DNA of 64,000 bases, from NCBI GenBank assembly GCA_034521595.1, contig JAXHMG010000003.1, positions 1,536,001 to 1,600,000 of the forward strand, written 5' to 3'. This document shows, piece after piece, positions 31,644 through 41,210 of this stretch (position 1 is its first letter; each line of letters opens with the position of its first letter). The notes beneath the pieces were generated by a model. That model was not told the origin of the DNA. It was given only the letters and a program-made list of their open reading frames with translations, and made no database searches. This DNA comes from Gemmatimonadota bacterium (lineage in GTDB: Bacteria > Gemmatimonadota > Gemmatimonadetes > Longimicrobiales > Gaopeijiaceae). The position numbers and the translations under genes are program-made.

Positions 31644-32456
31644 ATGCCACGAATGACGACGCCCTCCATCTCGCGCCGGCTATCGGCGCTCGTGTTCATG
31701 CTCGTTGCCCTGCTCGGGCCGATGTCGCCCGAGGACAGCGCGGCCCAGACCATCCTGAACGTGGAGCGTCTGCAGCCCGGCGACGTTACGGGCTGGCACT
31801 GGGGTCTGCAGGGTGAGCTCAGCCTCAGCCGCGGCAATAGCGATTACGTGGACGCGCTCGCGGGCGTGGCCACCGGCCACCGGTGGAGCGATCACTGGCT
31901 GCGGCTCTTCCTGGGTCTCGACTATCGCTCGGAAACCGGAGCGGCGGTCCAGAATGACCGGTACGTGCACGTGCGGTACAACCGTTGGCTCGCCCCCCGA
32001 TGGCAGACCTTCCACTTCATTCAAATCCAGGCGAGCCGGCGGAATCTCCTGCAACGGCGCACCCTCTTCGGGAGCGGCCTCCGGCACCGGCTCGTGGACG
32101 GACGCACGACGTTCGACCTGGGCACGGGCGTGATGCACGAGCGGGAAAACCTAGACCAAGGGAGAATCGTGGATGGGCACTCCGCCCGCGCCAGAGTGTG
32201 GCGGATGGCGAACCTGATCGTGGGAACCCAGCGACTCAGCGAATCGCTTCGGCTCGTCGGAGTCTCCTATATCCAGCCGGCCTTCTCCGACTTCGGTGAC
32301 CTGCGCACGCTCACCGACCTCTCGCTCCAAATCGCGCTGACGACACAGGTGGACCTGACCATCCACGGAGAATGGCGCCACGACAGTCGGCCTCCGAGCG
32401 GAGTGGACAGGGACGATTTCCTCCTGAGCACGGGGTTCGCCTTCACGCTCAGGTGA
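31644..32456 (+). CDS. DUF481 outer-membrane beta-barrel protein
   Basis: Signal peptide, QTILNVE, SRGNSD, GSGLRHRL, YIQPAFSDFGDLR, amphipathic strands. Confidence 0.75.
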   Translation: MPRMTTPSISRRLSALVFMLVALLGPMSPEDSAAQTILNVERLQPGDVTGWHWGLQGELSLSRGNSDYVDALAGVATGHRWSDHWLRLFLGLDYRSETGAAVQNDRYVHVRYNRWLAPRWQTFHFIQIQASRRNLLQRRTLFGSGLRHRLVDGRTTFDLGTGVMHERENLDQGRIVDGHSARARVWRMANLIVGTQRLSESLRLVGVSYIQPAFSDFGDLRTLTDLSLQIALTTQVDLTIHGEWRHDSRPPSGVDRDDFLLSTGFAFTLR

Positions 32457-32461
32457 CCCCG

Positions 32462-33271
32462 TCACAACAGCTCGTTTCTCCTCAGAAAGTCCAGCACCTC
32501 GTCCACGGCCTCCGGCCACACCGAGAGGCAGTCGTTGTGTCCGCAGGCGAGCGGCACCACGTCGAGCCCTTCCCGTGCAGCCGCGATTCGCTCGGCGTGC
32601 CGGTACGGCAGGACTTCATCACGGATCCCGTGCATGAGGAGCACAGGGCCGGGGTAGCGGCGGACGGCACTCTGGTTGTCGAAGTCGTCCCGCACCACCG
32701 GGGAGGGAACCTTGAACGAGCGCCAAGCGATGTCGGCCGCCGAGCTGAACGTGGACATGAGCACGAGCGCGTCCACGGGCCGTGACAGCGCGAGATCTGC
32801 GGCCGCACCGCCGCCGAGCGAGCGCCCCATGGCCACGATCGGCGCACCGTCACGGCCCGGACCGTCCCGCAACCAGTCGAATGCTTTCTCGAATGCGTCC
32901 TTGATCGTGCGACGCGACGGACGTCCCTCGGAGCGCCCGTACCCCGGAAGCTCGACGAGAAGCACGGAGACGCCCGCCTGCCGGAATCGCTCCATCGGAA
33001 CGCCCCAATCGTCGATCAGCTCGGCGTTCCCGTGCGCGAAAATCACGGTCGGCGACGACGGAGAGGCCTCGAGCAGCCATGCTTCGACCCTTCCTGAAGA
33101 AGCGTTCAGCCAGGTCCGCTCAATTCCGGCCGGCGGGGGATCGGTGGCGGCTCGCGGGGGCTCCAACGCCGCTCCCGGGAACACCATGACGCGCTGCAGC
33201 AGAAAGACCACCACGAGGTACCCGACGTAGCCCAGAACGGCGAGGCGTGCGAGCACCCAGAGGGTCTGCAT
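32462..33271 (-). CDS. Alpha/beta hydrolase (ABHD13/Bem46-like)
   Basis: HGNAE, PGYGRSEG, GRSLGG, HGIRDEV, GHND. Confidence 0.88.
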   Translation of the reverse strand: MQTLWVLARLAVLGYVGYLVVVFLLQRVMVFPGAALEPPRAATDPPPAGIERTWLNASSGRVEAWLLEASPSSPTVIFAHGNAELIDDWGVPMERFRQAGVSVLLVELPGYGRSEGRPSRRTIKDAFEKAFDWLRDGPGRDGAPIVAMGRSLGGGAAADLALSRPVDALVLMSTFSSAADIAWRSFKVPSPVVRDDFDNQSAVRRYPGPVLLMHGIRDEVLPYRHAERIAAAREGLDVVPLACGHNDCLSVWPEAVDEVLDFLRRNELL

Positions 33272-33315
33272 CGAGATTCTCCTTGGTGTTCGGGACGGAA
33301 TGCTAAGATTACCCC

Positions 33316-33972
33316 ATGAAACCCGAACGCTTCCACCGCCTCCGCGAAGTCCTCAGGCGTCGCCAACCCGATCTCACGGTCCTCATGGACCGGGTGCACA
33401 AGCCCCACAACGTGTCCGCGATCCTGCGCAACTGCGACGCCACCGGCGTGCTCGACGTGCACGTGGTCCCGCCCGACGGTGGCCTCGACCTGCACCACCA
33501 CACGTCCGCCGGGACGAAGAAATGGGTCGGCGTGCAGCGCCATCCTCACATCGGCGAGGCCAGCCGACATCTCGAGGGCAGCGGCTTCCACCTCGTCGCG
33601 GCGCATCCAGGACCGAACGCCGTGGACTTTCGAGCGTTCGACTTCACCGTCCCCACGGCGATCGTCATGGGCGCGGAGCTCCACGGCGTCTCCGATGAAG
33701 CGCTCGAGGCGGCCGATACGCACGTGGTCATTCCCATGCTCGGCATGGTCCACTCACTCAACGTCTCGGTGGCCACCGCGCTCCTCCTCTACGAAGCGAT
33801 GCGGCAGCGCGAGGTGGCGGGCATGTACGAGGAAAGCAGGCTCGGCCCGGATGCGTTTCGGACGCGGCTCTTCGAGTGGGCCTATCCCGGCATCGCGCGC
33901 CGTCTCCGCGAGGCCGGCCGAACCTACCCGGCCCTGGACGAAGACGGGACGATTCTGCGCGACCGCGGCTAA
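33316..33972 (+). CDS. trmH: tRNA (Gm18) 2'-O-methyltransferase
   Basis: RRQPDLTV, HKPHNVSAILR, GAELHGVS, IPMLGMVHSLNVSVA, LYEAMRQR. Confidence 0.92.
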   Translation: MKPERFHRLREVLRRRQPDLTVLMDRVHKPHNVSAILRNCDATGVLDVHVVPPDGGLDLHHHTSAGTKKWVGVQRHPHIGEASRHLEGSGFHLVAAHPGPNAVDFRAFDFTVPTAIVMGAELHGVSDEALEAADTHVVIPMLGMVHSLNVSVATALLLYEAMRQREVAGMYEESRLGPDAFRTRLFEWAYPGIARRLREAGRTYPALDEDGTILRDRG

Positions 33973-33990
33973 CCGCCCTACTGGATCCTG

Positions 33991-35376
33991 TTAACGCTCC
34001 GTCCCGCGTCCGAGCTGGAAGCGGAGCGACTCTTCGAGCCCTTCGAAGGCGAATCGGAAGCCGCGCTCGCTCAGTTTCCCGGGGAGCACACGCTGTCCGT
34101 GCAGCAGCAGCTCCTCGGCCATCTCGCCGAACGCGGCTTTGAGGGCCAAGGCCGGTACAGGGATGAAGGTCGGCCTCCCGAGTACGCGCCCCAGCGTCGA
34201 CGTGAAGGTCGCGTTGGTGACCGGGTTGGGCGCCGTCGCGTTGACCGGCCCGCTCAATCCCTCGTCGTGCAGGGCATGAACGATCGCTGCCACGTGATCG
34301 TCGAGGTCGATCCAACTCATGTACTGGGATCCGGTGCCGAGCCGCCCCCCCACCCCCAGCTTGAACGGGAGGAGCATCTGGCCGAGCGCACCTCCAGCGG
34401 GCGAGAGCACCATGCCGGTGCGGAGGCGCACGACGCGAACACCGGTCCGTTCCGCGGGACGTGCGGCGGCCTCCCATTGCCGGCACACCTCGGCCATGAA
34501 GCCCTCACCGGTCGAGGCACCTTCGCGGAGGAGCTCCGTGCCCCGGCTGCCGTAGAAGTGCACCCCGGAAGCCGATACCAGAGTACGCGGTCCCTCGTTC
34601 ATCTCCGCAAGCGCTTCCGCCAGGAGTCGGGTGCCGTGGACACGGCTCTCGAGGATCGATCGCTTCCGGGCCTCGCTCCAGCGCCCTGGCGCCACCGGGG
34701 CGCCCGCGAGGTGCACGACGGCATCGGCGCGCGCGAGTCCCTCCCGATCGATCTCTCCCTCGCTCGGATTCCAGTAGACCGTCCCTTCCTCGACCTCTTC
34801 CTCCCGGCGGACCAAGCGAATCACGCGATGTCCTCCGGTCGTGAGGAAGTGAGCGAGGTTCGATCCAATGAGACCGGAGGCCCCGGATATGGCCACGGTC
34901 AGTCGTGGGCCTCCCACGTGCTCCGCGTGCCGCGCCAGGTCTTCCGCGAGACGCCGGTAACGAAACGCGAAGAGGCGGTCGAGCTCCCGCTCGACCATGG
35001 AGGGGAGCACCGTTTCTCCCGCGACGCCCAGAGGCGGCTCCATCTCGATCTCGTCTTCCAGCACGGTCCCGCCCGTTTCATCGGGACGGAACCGGTGGAT
35101 GTGCCGCCAGCGCTTCATCGGTCCCGCGACCTGTTCGTCCGTGAATTGGCGGCCCTCGAGGAAGTCGGTGTGTCGGAGGTGCCACCCGACGCGCGTGGGG
35201 CCCTTGCGGATCTCGAGCTCGACCTCACCGCCTTCCTCGATTCCCCCTCGCCGACGTACGACCCGCGCGTCGACCCAGGGGGGCGTGAGACGCTCGAGAG
35301 CTCCCGGGCGCTGGTGCCACGCGAATACTTCCTCGGGGGAACGCTCCGGCAGGGTCGAACGGTAGGTGAGCTTCAT
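33991..35376 (-). CDS. SRPBCC domain fused to a TIGR01777 (YfcH-like) NAD-dependent epimerase-family domain
   Basis: FAWHQRPGALERLTPPW, FTDEQVAGP; ISGASGLIG, VHLAG, SWIDLDD, GPVNATAP. Confidence 0.88.
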   Translation of the reverse strand: MKLTYRSTLPERSPEEVFAWHQRPGALERLTPPWVDARVVRRRGGIEEGGEVELEIRKGPTRVGWHLRHTDFLEGRQFTDEQVAGPMKRWRHIHRFRPDETGGTVLEDEIEMEPPLGVAGETVLPSMVERELDRLFAFRYRRLAEDLARHAEHVGGPRLTVAISGASGLIGSNLAHFLTTGGHRVIRLVRREEEVEEGTVYWNPSEGEIDREGLARADAVVHLAGAPVAPGRWSEARKRSILESRVHGTRLLAEALAEMNEGPRTLVSASGVHFYGSRGTELLREGASTGEGFMAEVCRQWEAAARPAERTGVRVVRLRTGMVLSPAGGALGQMLLPFKLGVGGRLGTGSQYMSWIDLDDHVAAIVHALHDEGLSGPVNATAPNPVTNATFTSTLGRVLGRPTFIPVPALALKAAFGEMAEELLLHGQRVLPGKLSERGFRFAFEGLEESLRFQLGRGTER

Positions 35377-38300
35377 CGACCGGCTTCCTCGATATCGAAG
35401 GAGGGAAAGATCTTTTCGAGCACGGCCCCGAGCTGCTCGTGGAGCGCCTGTTCGGGCACCACGACCGTGGACAGGCTCTCGAGCTCCGCACGCACCTGGG
35501 GCGGCACTCCCGGTCCGGCCCAAGCGATGACGGGCAAGCCCTGATGCGCGCGGTCTTCCCGGATCCGCTTCAGCATCTTGACCGCTCCGACGCGTGGCGA
35601 GGTCGCGTCGAGGAGCATCGCGTCCGGCACTTCGAGCCGAAGCTCCTCGAGTGCCTCGGGGCCGTCGGGCGTGGTGAACACCTCGAGACCCTTGTCCTTC
35701 AAGAAGTGCGTCACGCGGTCTCGTCGCTCACCCGGCTCCGCTACGACGAGGACGCGTCCGCCGGCCTTGCGCACCAGATGACGCCAGACGACCCGCAGCA
35801 AGTCGTCCCGTTCGAACGGCTTGGTGATAAGGTCCACGGCGCCCAGCAGCCGGCCCCGCTCCTCGCTCGCCACGACGCTGATGATCACCACCGGAATCCG
35901 CCGTAGGTCCGGATCGGCCTTGAGCTGCTTCAAGGTCTCCCAGCCGTTCAGGCCCGGCATGAGGAGATCCAGAGTGATGAGATCCGGCCGGTGTTCCCGC
36001 GCGGCCGCGAGCCCCTCTTCACCGCCGGAGGCGGTGAGGACCTCGCAGCCGAATTCTTCCAGATAGTGATGCGCCAGCACCCGTGAATCGCGCTCGTCGT
36101 CCACGACGAGGACCTTGAACCCCCGCAAGGCAGCCGACTTCGTGGCCGCTCCGTCCCCGACCGCCTCGTGGCGCGACGGACCTTCCGGACGCTGCTGTCC
36201 GGCCGCGGCGGCCGCGAAGTCCTCCGCGGTCGCTGGCGCTTCCTCGGCCGCGAGCTGCTCCGACTCCGGCTCGGGCTCGTCCTCGCGCACCGGCTTCTCG
36301 GCCCGCTCACCGAGCACGATGCGGAACGTCGATCCCTCACCGACCTCCGATTCGACGATGAGATCGTAGCCCATGAGCAGACAGATCGAACGGGAGAGCG
36401 CCAACCCGAGCCCCGTGCCTCCGTACTTCCGAGACGTTCCGGCCTGCGCCTGCTGGAAGGCCTGAAAGATCGCCTCGAGCCGGTCGTCGGGAATACCGAT
36501 GCCCGTGTCCACGACCGCGATCCCGGTCGGCGTACGCCCGTCCGGGGCCGTTTCGAGACGGACCGTGACGGATCCTTCCTCGGTGAATTTCAGGGCATTG
36601 CCGATCAGGTTGATGATCACCTGTTTCAGCTTGGCCGAGTCGGTGCTCACCCGCTCGACCTCGTCGGGCACGTCCGTGAGCAAACGCACTGCCCCTTCTT
36701 TGGTCTTCGCCTGTCCTTCGAGCTGCTGGACGGTCTCGACGCAGAGCTCCGAGAGGTCGACGTCCTCGATGACCAGCTCCATCCGGCCCGCCTCGACCTT
36801 GGCGAGATCCAGGACCTCGTTGATCAGCGCGAGTAGGTGGGTCCCGTTCGAGAGGACGCGTTGAAGGAAGCCGATATCCTTCTCACTGAGATGACCGTCC
36901 TTGTTCTTCAGGAGGATGTTGGTGAACCCGATCACGGAGTTGAGCGGCGTCCGAAGCTCGTGGCTCATATTCGCCAGAAAGTCGCTCTTGGCCTTGTTCG
37001 CGGCCTCCGCTTCGTCCTTGGCCACCCGCAAGGCTTCCTCGGCCCGCACGCGCGGAGTGACGTCCTTCCCGAAGAACACCGCGCCCGACACTCCTTCGAG
37101 GGACTGGATCGGGTTCGCGTACAGCTCGAAGTAGCGGAGCTGTCCGTCCACCTCGTCGGTACGCAGCGCGACGTGACGCTCGCCGGAGAGGGTGCGCTCG
37201 TAGAGCGCCTCGTACCAGGTGAGATCCTCCTCGGGAAAGAGCTCCTCCGGGAGCCTCCCGACTTCGGGCTCCTGCCCGCTCCGGGCTTCCATGGCGAGCG
37301 CGAAGGCGGAGTTGTAGGTGATCAACCGGTGATCCCGATCCACCGACCAGATGGAGTCTCCGGTGTTCTCGACGAGCGCGCCCAGGTTCGCTCGGGACTC
37401 GGCGAGCTGTCGCTCCGCGAGTCGTTGTTCCGTGACGTCCCGCAGGATGCCCTGGGTCGCGACCGGCTCACCGTCCACGAGCTGCGCCTGTGCGCTCCCC
37501 GAAAGGATCACGACCCGCCCGTCGGCCGCGAAGTACTCCACGTTGAACCTCTGCGACGGCTCCCCGTTCAACACCCGATCGAACTCCTCACGCAGGGCAT
37601 CACGGTGCTCGGGCCGCACGATTTCGAAGAGGTCGAGCCTGTCGAGCGCATCGTCGTCGTAACCGAGGACCCGCTTCCACGCGCTGTTCACGTAGAGGAT
37701 GCGCCCTTCACGCGTGACGCTCTGGATCAGGTCGTTGGCGTTGTCGAGGAATTCCTGGAGTCGTTGGTTGCTCTCGGTGACCGCCTGCTCGGTGCGAGCC
37801 CGCTCCGCGATCTCACGTGCGAGGGCCTTGTTGCTCTCCGTGAAGGCACCGAGCACCTGCCCCTCGCGCCGGAACGTCACGTACACACTGGAGAGGAGGC
37901 CCGTGAGGATGGCCACGTGCGACGCGATCTTGAGCAGATGGGCCGCATCGTACATCGCGTCGAAGCGCTGGTACGAGAACGCCATGAATCCCGCGTGCAC
38001 CAGCGCCGAGATCAGAAGCGAGACGAGCAACCAGTGATCGAAGACGTCGCGCCGCCAACTCTTCTTGCCCAGGAACCCGACGAAGGCCAGCACGAAGAAG
38101 AGCGCGGGGAGGAACTCCCCCGGGCGCGTGATCAACCGATTCGGGAACGTCAGCGACGACAGGGGAACGTTCTCGAAGAACAACAAGTTGAGGAGCGTGA
38201 GCGCGAGCGCGCTCCCGTATACCGAGACCTCGTTTATGGCCAGATCCGCGGTGTCGTCCTCTTCCGAGCGCACCTCCTGACGCCACGCCAACAGGCTCAC

Positions 38301-38735
38301 GAACAGAAACAGCGACAGGAACACGCGCTCGGCGGTCCAACTCCACGCGAACAGAGTCGTCTCGTTCACGCCCGGGTGGCGGCCCGCGAGGGTGTCGATC
38401 AGGGCCTCGCTCGTGATGAGCGTATGGTTGAGGTTCAGGATCGCCGCCCCGAGGAACCCCGTGCCGATGAGCAGGAAGGTCGCCTGCTTGCGGCTGTAAT
38501 AACGGACCAGCGCCAACCCGCCGATGATCGCGGCGAGCACGGTCGAGATCGACTCCATGACCGTGTGTGCCGTCGGACCGGTGGCCCAAACCAGGTTCTC
38601 GCGTAGCAGGAACGCCCCGGCGAGGAGTAGCCCGAACAGCAGGGCATACAAACGGACCCGCTCGCGACCCCGGTCGGGGCCCGCGAGGCTGTCCTCGGTG
38701 ATCGGGGACGCGGCCGTCGCGCCTTCCCCGGTCAC
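35373..38735 (-). CDS. Hybrid sensor histidine kinase (MASE3-like membrane domain, 2 PAS, HisKA, HATPase, REC, degenerate REC)
   Basis: FLANMSHELRTPLN, NLIGNALKFT, DTGIGI, GGTGLGL, LITLDLLMP. Confidence 0.92.
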   Translation of the reverse strand: MTGEGATAASPITEDSLAGPDRGRERVRLYALLFGLLLAGAFLLRENLVWATGPTAHTVMESISTVLAAIIGGLALVRYYSRKQATFLLIGTGFLGAAILNLNHTLITSEALIDTLAGRHPGVNETTLFAWSWTAERVFLSLFLFVSLLAWRQEVRSEEDDTADLAINEVSVYGSALALTLLNLLFFENVPLSSLTFPNRLITRPGEFLPALFFVLAFVGFLGKKSWRRDVFDHWLLVSLLISALVHAGFMAFSYQRFDAMYDAAHLLKIASHVAILTGLLSSVYVTFRREGQVLGAFTESNKALAREIAERARTEQAVTESNQRLQEFLDNANDLIQSVTREGRILYVNSAWKRVLGYDDDALDRLDLFEIVRPEHRDALREEFDRVLNGEPSQRFNVEYFAADGRVVILSGSAQAQLVDGEPVATQGILRDVTEQRLAERQLAESRANLGALVENTGDSIWSVDRDHRLITYNSAFALAMEARSGQEPEVGRLPEELFPEEDLTWYEALYERTLSGERHVALRTDEVDGQLRYFELYANPIQSLEGVSGAVFFGKDVTPRVRAEEALRVAKDEAEAANKAKSDFLANMSHELRTPLNSVIGFTNILLKNKDGHLSEKDIGFLQRVLSNGTHLLALINEVLDLAKVEAGRMELVIEDVDLSELCVETVQQLEGQAKTKEGAVRLLTDVPDEVERVSTDSAKLKQVIINLIGNALKFTEEGSVTVRLETAPDGRTPTGIAVVDTGIGIPDDRLEAIFQAFQQAQAGTSRKYGGTGLGLALSRSICLLMGYDLIVESEVGEGSTFRIVLGERAEKPVREDEPEPESEQLAAEEAPATAEDFAAAAAGQQRPEGPSRHEAVGDGAATKSAALRGFKVLVVDDERDSRVLAHHYLEEFGCEVLTASGGEEGLAAAREHRPDLITLDLLMPGLNGWETLKQLKADPDLRRIPVVIISVVASEERGRLLGAVDLITKPFERDDLLRVVWRHLVRKAGGRVLVVAEPGERRDRVTHFLKDKGLEVFTTPDGPEALEELRLEVPDAMLLDATSPRVGAVKMLKRIREDRAHQGLPVIAWAGPGVPPQVRAELESLSTVVVPEQALHEQLGAVLEKIFPSFDIEEAGR

Positions 38736-38743
38736 ATCGGGCG

Positions 38744-39118
38744 TCAGTCGGTCGGGGTCAGCCAACGTTCGATGGCCGCGATGAGCACGTCCTCGTCGAC
38801 GATCGGCTTCGTCACGTAATCGTTGAAGCCCGCCGCGAGGTACTTCTCGCGGTCTCCGGCCATGGCGTGAGCGGTCAGCGCGATGACCGGGACGCTCTCG
38901 AGCCCGTCTTGCTCGCGGATCCACGCGAGCACCTCGGTCCCGTCCATCTCCGGAAGAGAGATATCGAGCAGGATGAGGTCGGGTCCATCGTCCACGAGCC
39001 CTTCGACCGCCTGCACGCCCGACTCGTACTCCGAAATCTCGTACTGGTCCTCGAGCAGGGCCTGCACGAGCATGCGGTTGTCGGGGTTGTCCTCGACGAC
39101 GGCCACTTTACGACTCAT
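38744..39118 (-). CDS. Single-domain response regulator (DivK/CheY-like)
   Basis: VVEDNPDN, LLDISLP, ALTAHAM, YVTKP. Confidence 0.9.
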   Translation of the reverse strand: MSRKVAVVEDNPDNRMLVQALLEDQYEISEYESGVQAVEGLVDDGPDLILLDISLPEMDGTEVLAWIREQDGLESVPVIALTAHAMAGDREKYLAAGFNDYVTKPIVDEDVLIAAIERWLTPTD

Positions 39119-39473
39119 TCGAAATTCCTCGTTCAATCGATTCAAGTTCTTCTACGGCCGCCGCGAACGCCACCTCGAGCTCGGGTAGCTGGTCGACCAC
39201 GGGCTCCATCTCTCCGTTCGCCGCCGCCGATTCGATCGCCGCGGCCAGCGCCCGCACCCGCTCGGCTCCGAGATTCGCGGCGCTGGACTTGAGGGAGTGC
39301 GCCCCCATCTCGGCCTCTCGCACTTCCTCACCGCTCACTCCGGTCCGGATCTGTTCGACACGCTCCCCGGCGTTGGAGATGAACAGGCGGATCATCTGCG
39401 CCACCAGCTTGTCTCCACCCCACTCCCGCAGACGGTCGAGCGCTTGTGGGTCGATCGTCGTTGCCTGGCTCAT
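39108..39473 (-). CDS. Hpt phosphotransfer protein
   Basis: C-terminal part of track ORF 39108-40151: MSQATTIDPQAL...AHSLKSSAANLGA; ATGA overlap with rpe. Confidence 0.88.
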   Translation of the reverse strand: MSQATTIDPQALDRLREWGGDKLVAQMIRLFISNAGERVEQIRTGVSGEEVREAEMGAHSLKSSAANLGAERVRALAAAIESAAANGEMEPVVDQLPELEVAFAAAVEELESIERGISNES

Positions 39474-40126
39474 CGTTCCCTCGTGTTTCGGATGGCTTGG
39501 ATGCCGGCAGCCGGCCCCTGCGCGTGCCCGTACACCGCGGACCCCGCGACGAGCACGGACGCGCCGGCGCGAACGAGCGCTCCCGCGTTCGAAGCGTCGA
39601 CCCCGCCGTCCACTTCGACGTACGCCGTGGACTGCGCTGCTTCGAGCATGCGTCGGGCCCTCGTGACCTTGTCGATGCTTCGGGGAATGAAGGCCTGACC
39701 CCCGAATCCGGGATTCACGGACATCACGAGCAACAAATCGATGTCCTCCGCCACTTCCTCGACAGCCCCGAGCGGTGTGGCCGGGTTCAGCGCGACTCCC
39801 GCCTTCACGCCGAGTTGGCGGATGCGTTGGAGGGTCCGGTGCAGGTGGGTGCAGGCTTCCGCATGGACCGTGAGCACGTCGGCGCCCGCTTCGACGAAGG
39901 CCTCGAGGTAACGATCCGGGTCCTCGATCATCAGATGCACATCGAGCGGGAGGGTCGTGGCCGCGCGAGCCCCCGCGACGACGACCGGTCCGATCGTGAG
40001 GTTGGGCACGAAGTGACCGTCCATCACGTCCACGTGGATCCAGTCGGCCCCACCGTCCTCGGCGGCGCCGACCTCGTCGGCGAGACGACCGAAGTCGCTC
40101 GAGAGAATCGACGGCGCGATCTTCAC
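39470..40126 (-). CDS. rpe: Ribulose-phosphate 3-epimerase
   Basis: IAPSILS, HVDVMDGHFVPN, MSVNPGFGGQ, VDGG. Confidence 0.96.
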   Translation of the reverse strand: MKIAPSILSSDFGRLADEVGAAEDGGADWIHVDVMDGHFVPNLTIGPVVVAGARAATTLPLDVHLMIEDPDRYLEAFVEAGADVLTVHAEACTHLHRTLQRIRQLGVKAGVALNPATPLGAVEEVAEDIDLLLVMSVNPGFGGQAFIPRSIDKVTRARRMLEAAQSTAYVEVDGGVDASNAGALVRAGASVLVAGSAVYGHAQGPAAGIQAIRNTRER

Positions 40127-40827
40127 GGGGTCCTCCGAAGAACCCGCACACCGTCCGCGGACGCGATCATGGCTTCATCCGCGATGCCGAGAAAGAGTCC
40201 CGTGTCGACGATGCCGGCCCGGCTTTGGAGGGCCGCTTCGATCCCCGCCGGATCCTCGATTCCGTCCGCGAAAACACAGTCCAGGATCAGGTGTCCGTTG
40301 TCGCTCGAGAACGACGTACCGTCGGGCCCGGCGCGCACGGACACGCGCGCACCCATCGACTCGAGCACGCGCACGTGCGACTCGTGCCCCCACCCGACGA
40401 CCTCGACCGGAAGCGGCGAGCGAGTTCCGAGCCGGGACACCTCCTTGCCGTCATCCACGATGATGAGCACGTGCCGGGCGGCCTGGGCAACCATCTTTTC
40501 GCGCAGGAGCGCTCCGCCCATCCCCTTCACGAGGTTCACGGCGGGATCGACCTCGTCCGCGCCGTCCACGGCCAGATCCAGCGTGGCTTGGGCCGCGAGC
40601 GTCGTGAGCGGGATCCCCAATCGTCCCGCTTGGGCTTCGGTCCAACGCGACGTCGGAACCCCCGATACGTCGTCGAGGGCGCCCGAGGCGATGCGTCGGC
40701 CGAGCAGCTCGAGGAAGTGCGCGACGGTGCTTCCGGTGCCGAGACCGAGCACCATGCCGCTCTGCACACGGTCGACCGCGTGCTCTGCGGCCCTCCGCTT
40801 CAAATCTTCGGCCATGACGGGATCCAT
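40123..40827 (-). CDS. rpiA: Ribose-5-phosphate isomerase A
   Basis: GLGTGST, DGADEVD, KGMGGALLREK, SDNGH. Start 40827 or 40815. Confidence 0.95.
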   Translation of the reverse strand: MDPVMAEDLKRRAAEHAVDRVQSGMVLGLGTGSTVAHFLELLGRRIASGALDDVSGVPTSRWTEAQAGRLGIPLTTLAAQATLDLAVDGADEVDPAVNLVKGMGGALLREKMVAQAARHVLIIVDDGKEVSRLGTRSPLPVEVVGWGHESHVRVLESMGARVSVRAGPDGTSFSSDNGHLILDCVFADGIEDPAGIEAALQSRAGIVDTGLFLGIADEAMIASADGVRVLRRTP

Positions 40828-40991
40828 AGGTCGGGCGAACTCCCCGGAAATATCGAGAATGGTGGAGCCACGCCGCACTCCCACCGCCAGGCGGGAATCG
40901 ACGCATGAAACCTCGCAATGTACCGACGTGTCCCGAGGCTTTCCAGCCGACGCGAACAGTCCCTCCGTCGTCGGGACCATCCGGCGCGGTC

Positions 40992-41021
40992 TTGACACGG
41001 GTACAGGCGTCCGGCGATGAT
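40992..41021 (+). promoter_or_regulatory. Putative sigma70 promoter of the aroF leader
   Basis: TTGACA-N18-GATGAT, 6 nt before the leader ATG. An alternative extended -10, TGaTAGCAT, overlaps it. Confidence 0.5.
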
Positions 41022-41027
41022 AGCATT

Positions 41028-41087
41028 ATGAATCGCGCACATCGGACCGGTTACTGGTATTATCCGCTGCCCCCATCCTGGGAGTAG
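41028..41087 (+). CDS. aroF leader peptide MNRAHRTGYWYYPLPPSWE
   Basis: TAC TGG TAT TAT cluster; lies upstream of a terminator and of DAHP synthase. Confidence 0.8.
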   Translation: MNRAHRTGYWYYPLPPSWE

Positions 41088-41132
41088 GCGGTTTCGTGCG
41101 CGACTGATCCACAGTCTTCCACAGAAGCCTCG

Positions 41133-41162
41133 AAGCTCCCGACCTCGTCGGGGGCTTTTTTT
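41133..41162 (+). terminator. Attenuator terminator upstream of aroF
   Basis: AAGCTCCCGAC-CTC-GTCGGGGGCTT followed by TTTTT. Confidence 0.85.
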
Positions 41163-41210
41163 GTGCTCCCATCGGGGCCGGAATCGTGGCCAACTCATCC
41201 GGATAAATCC

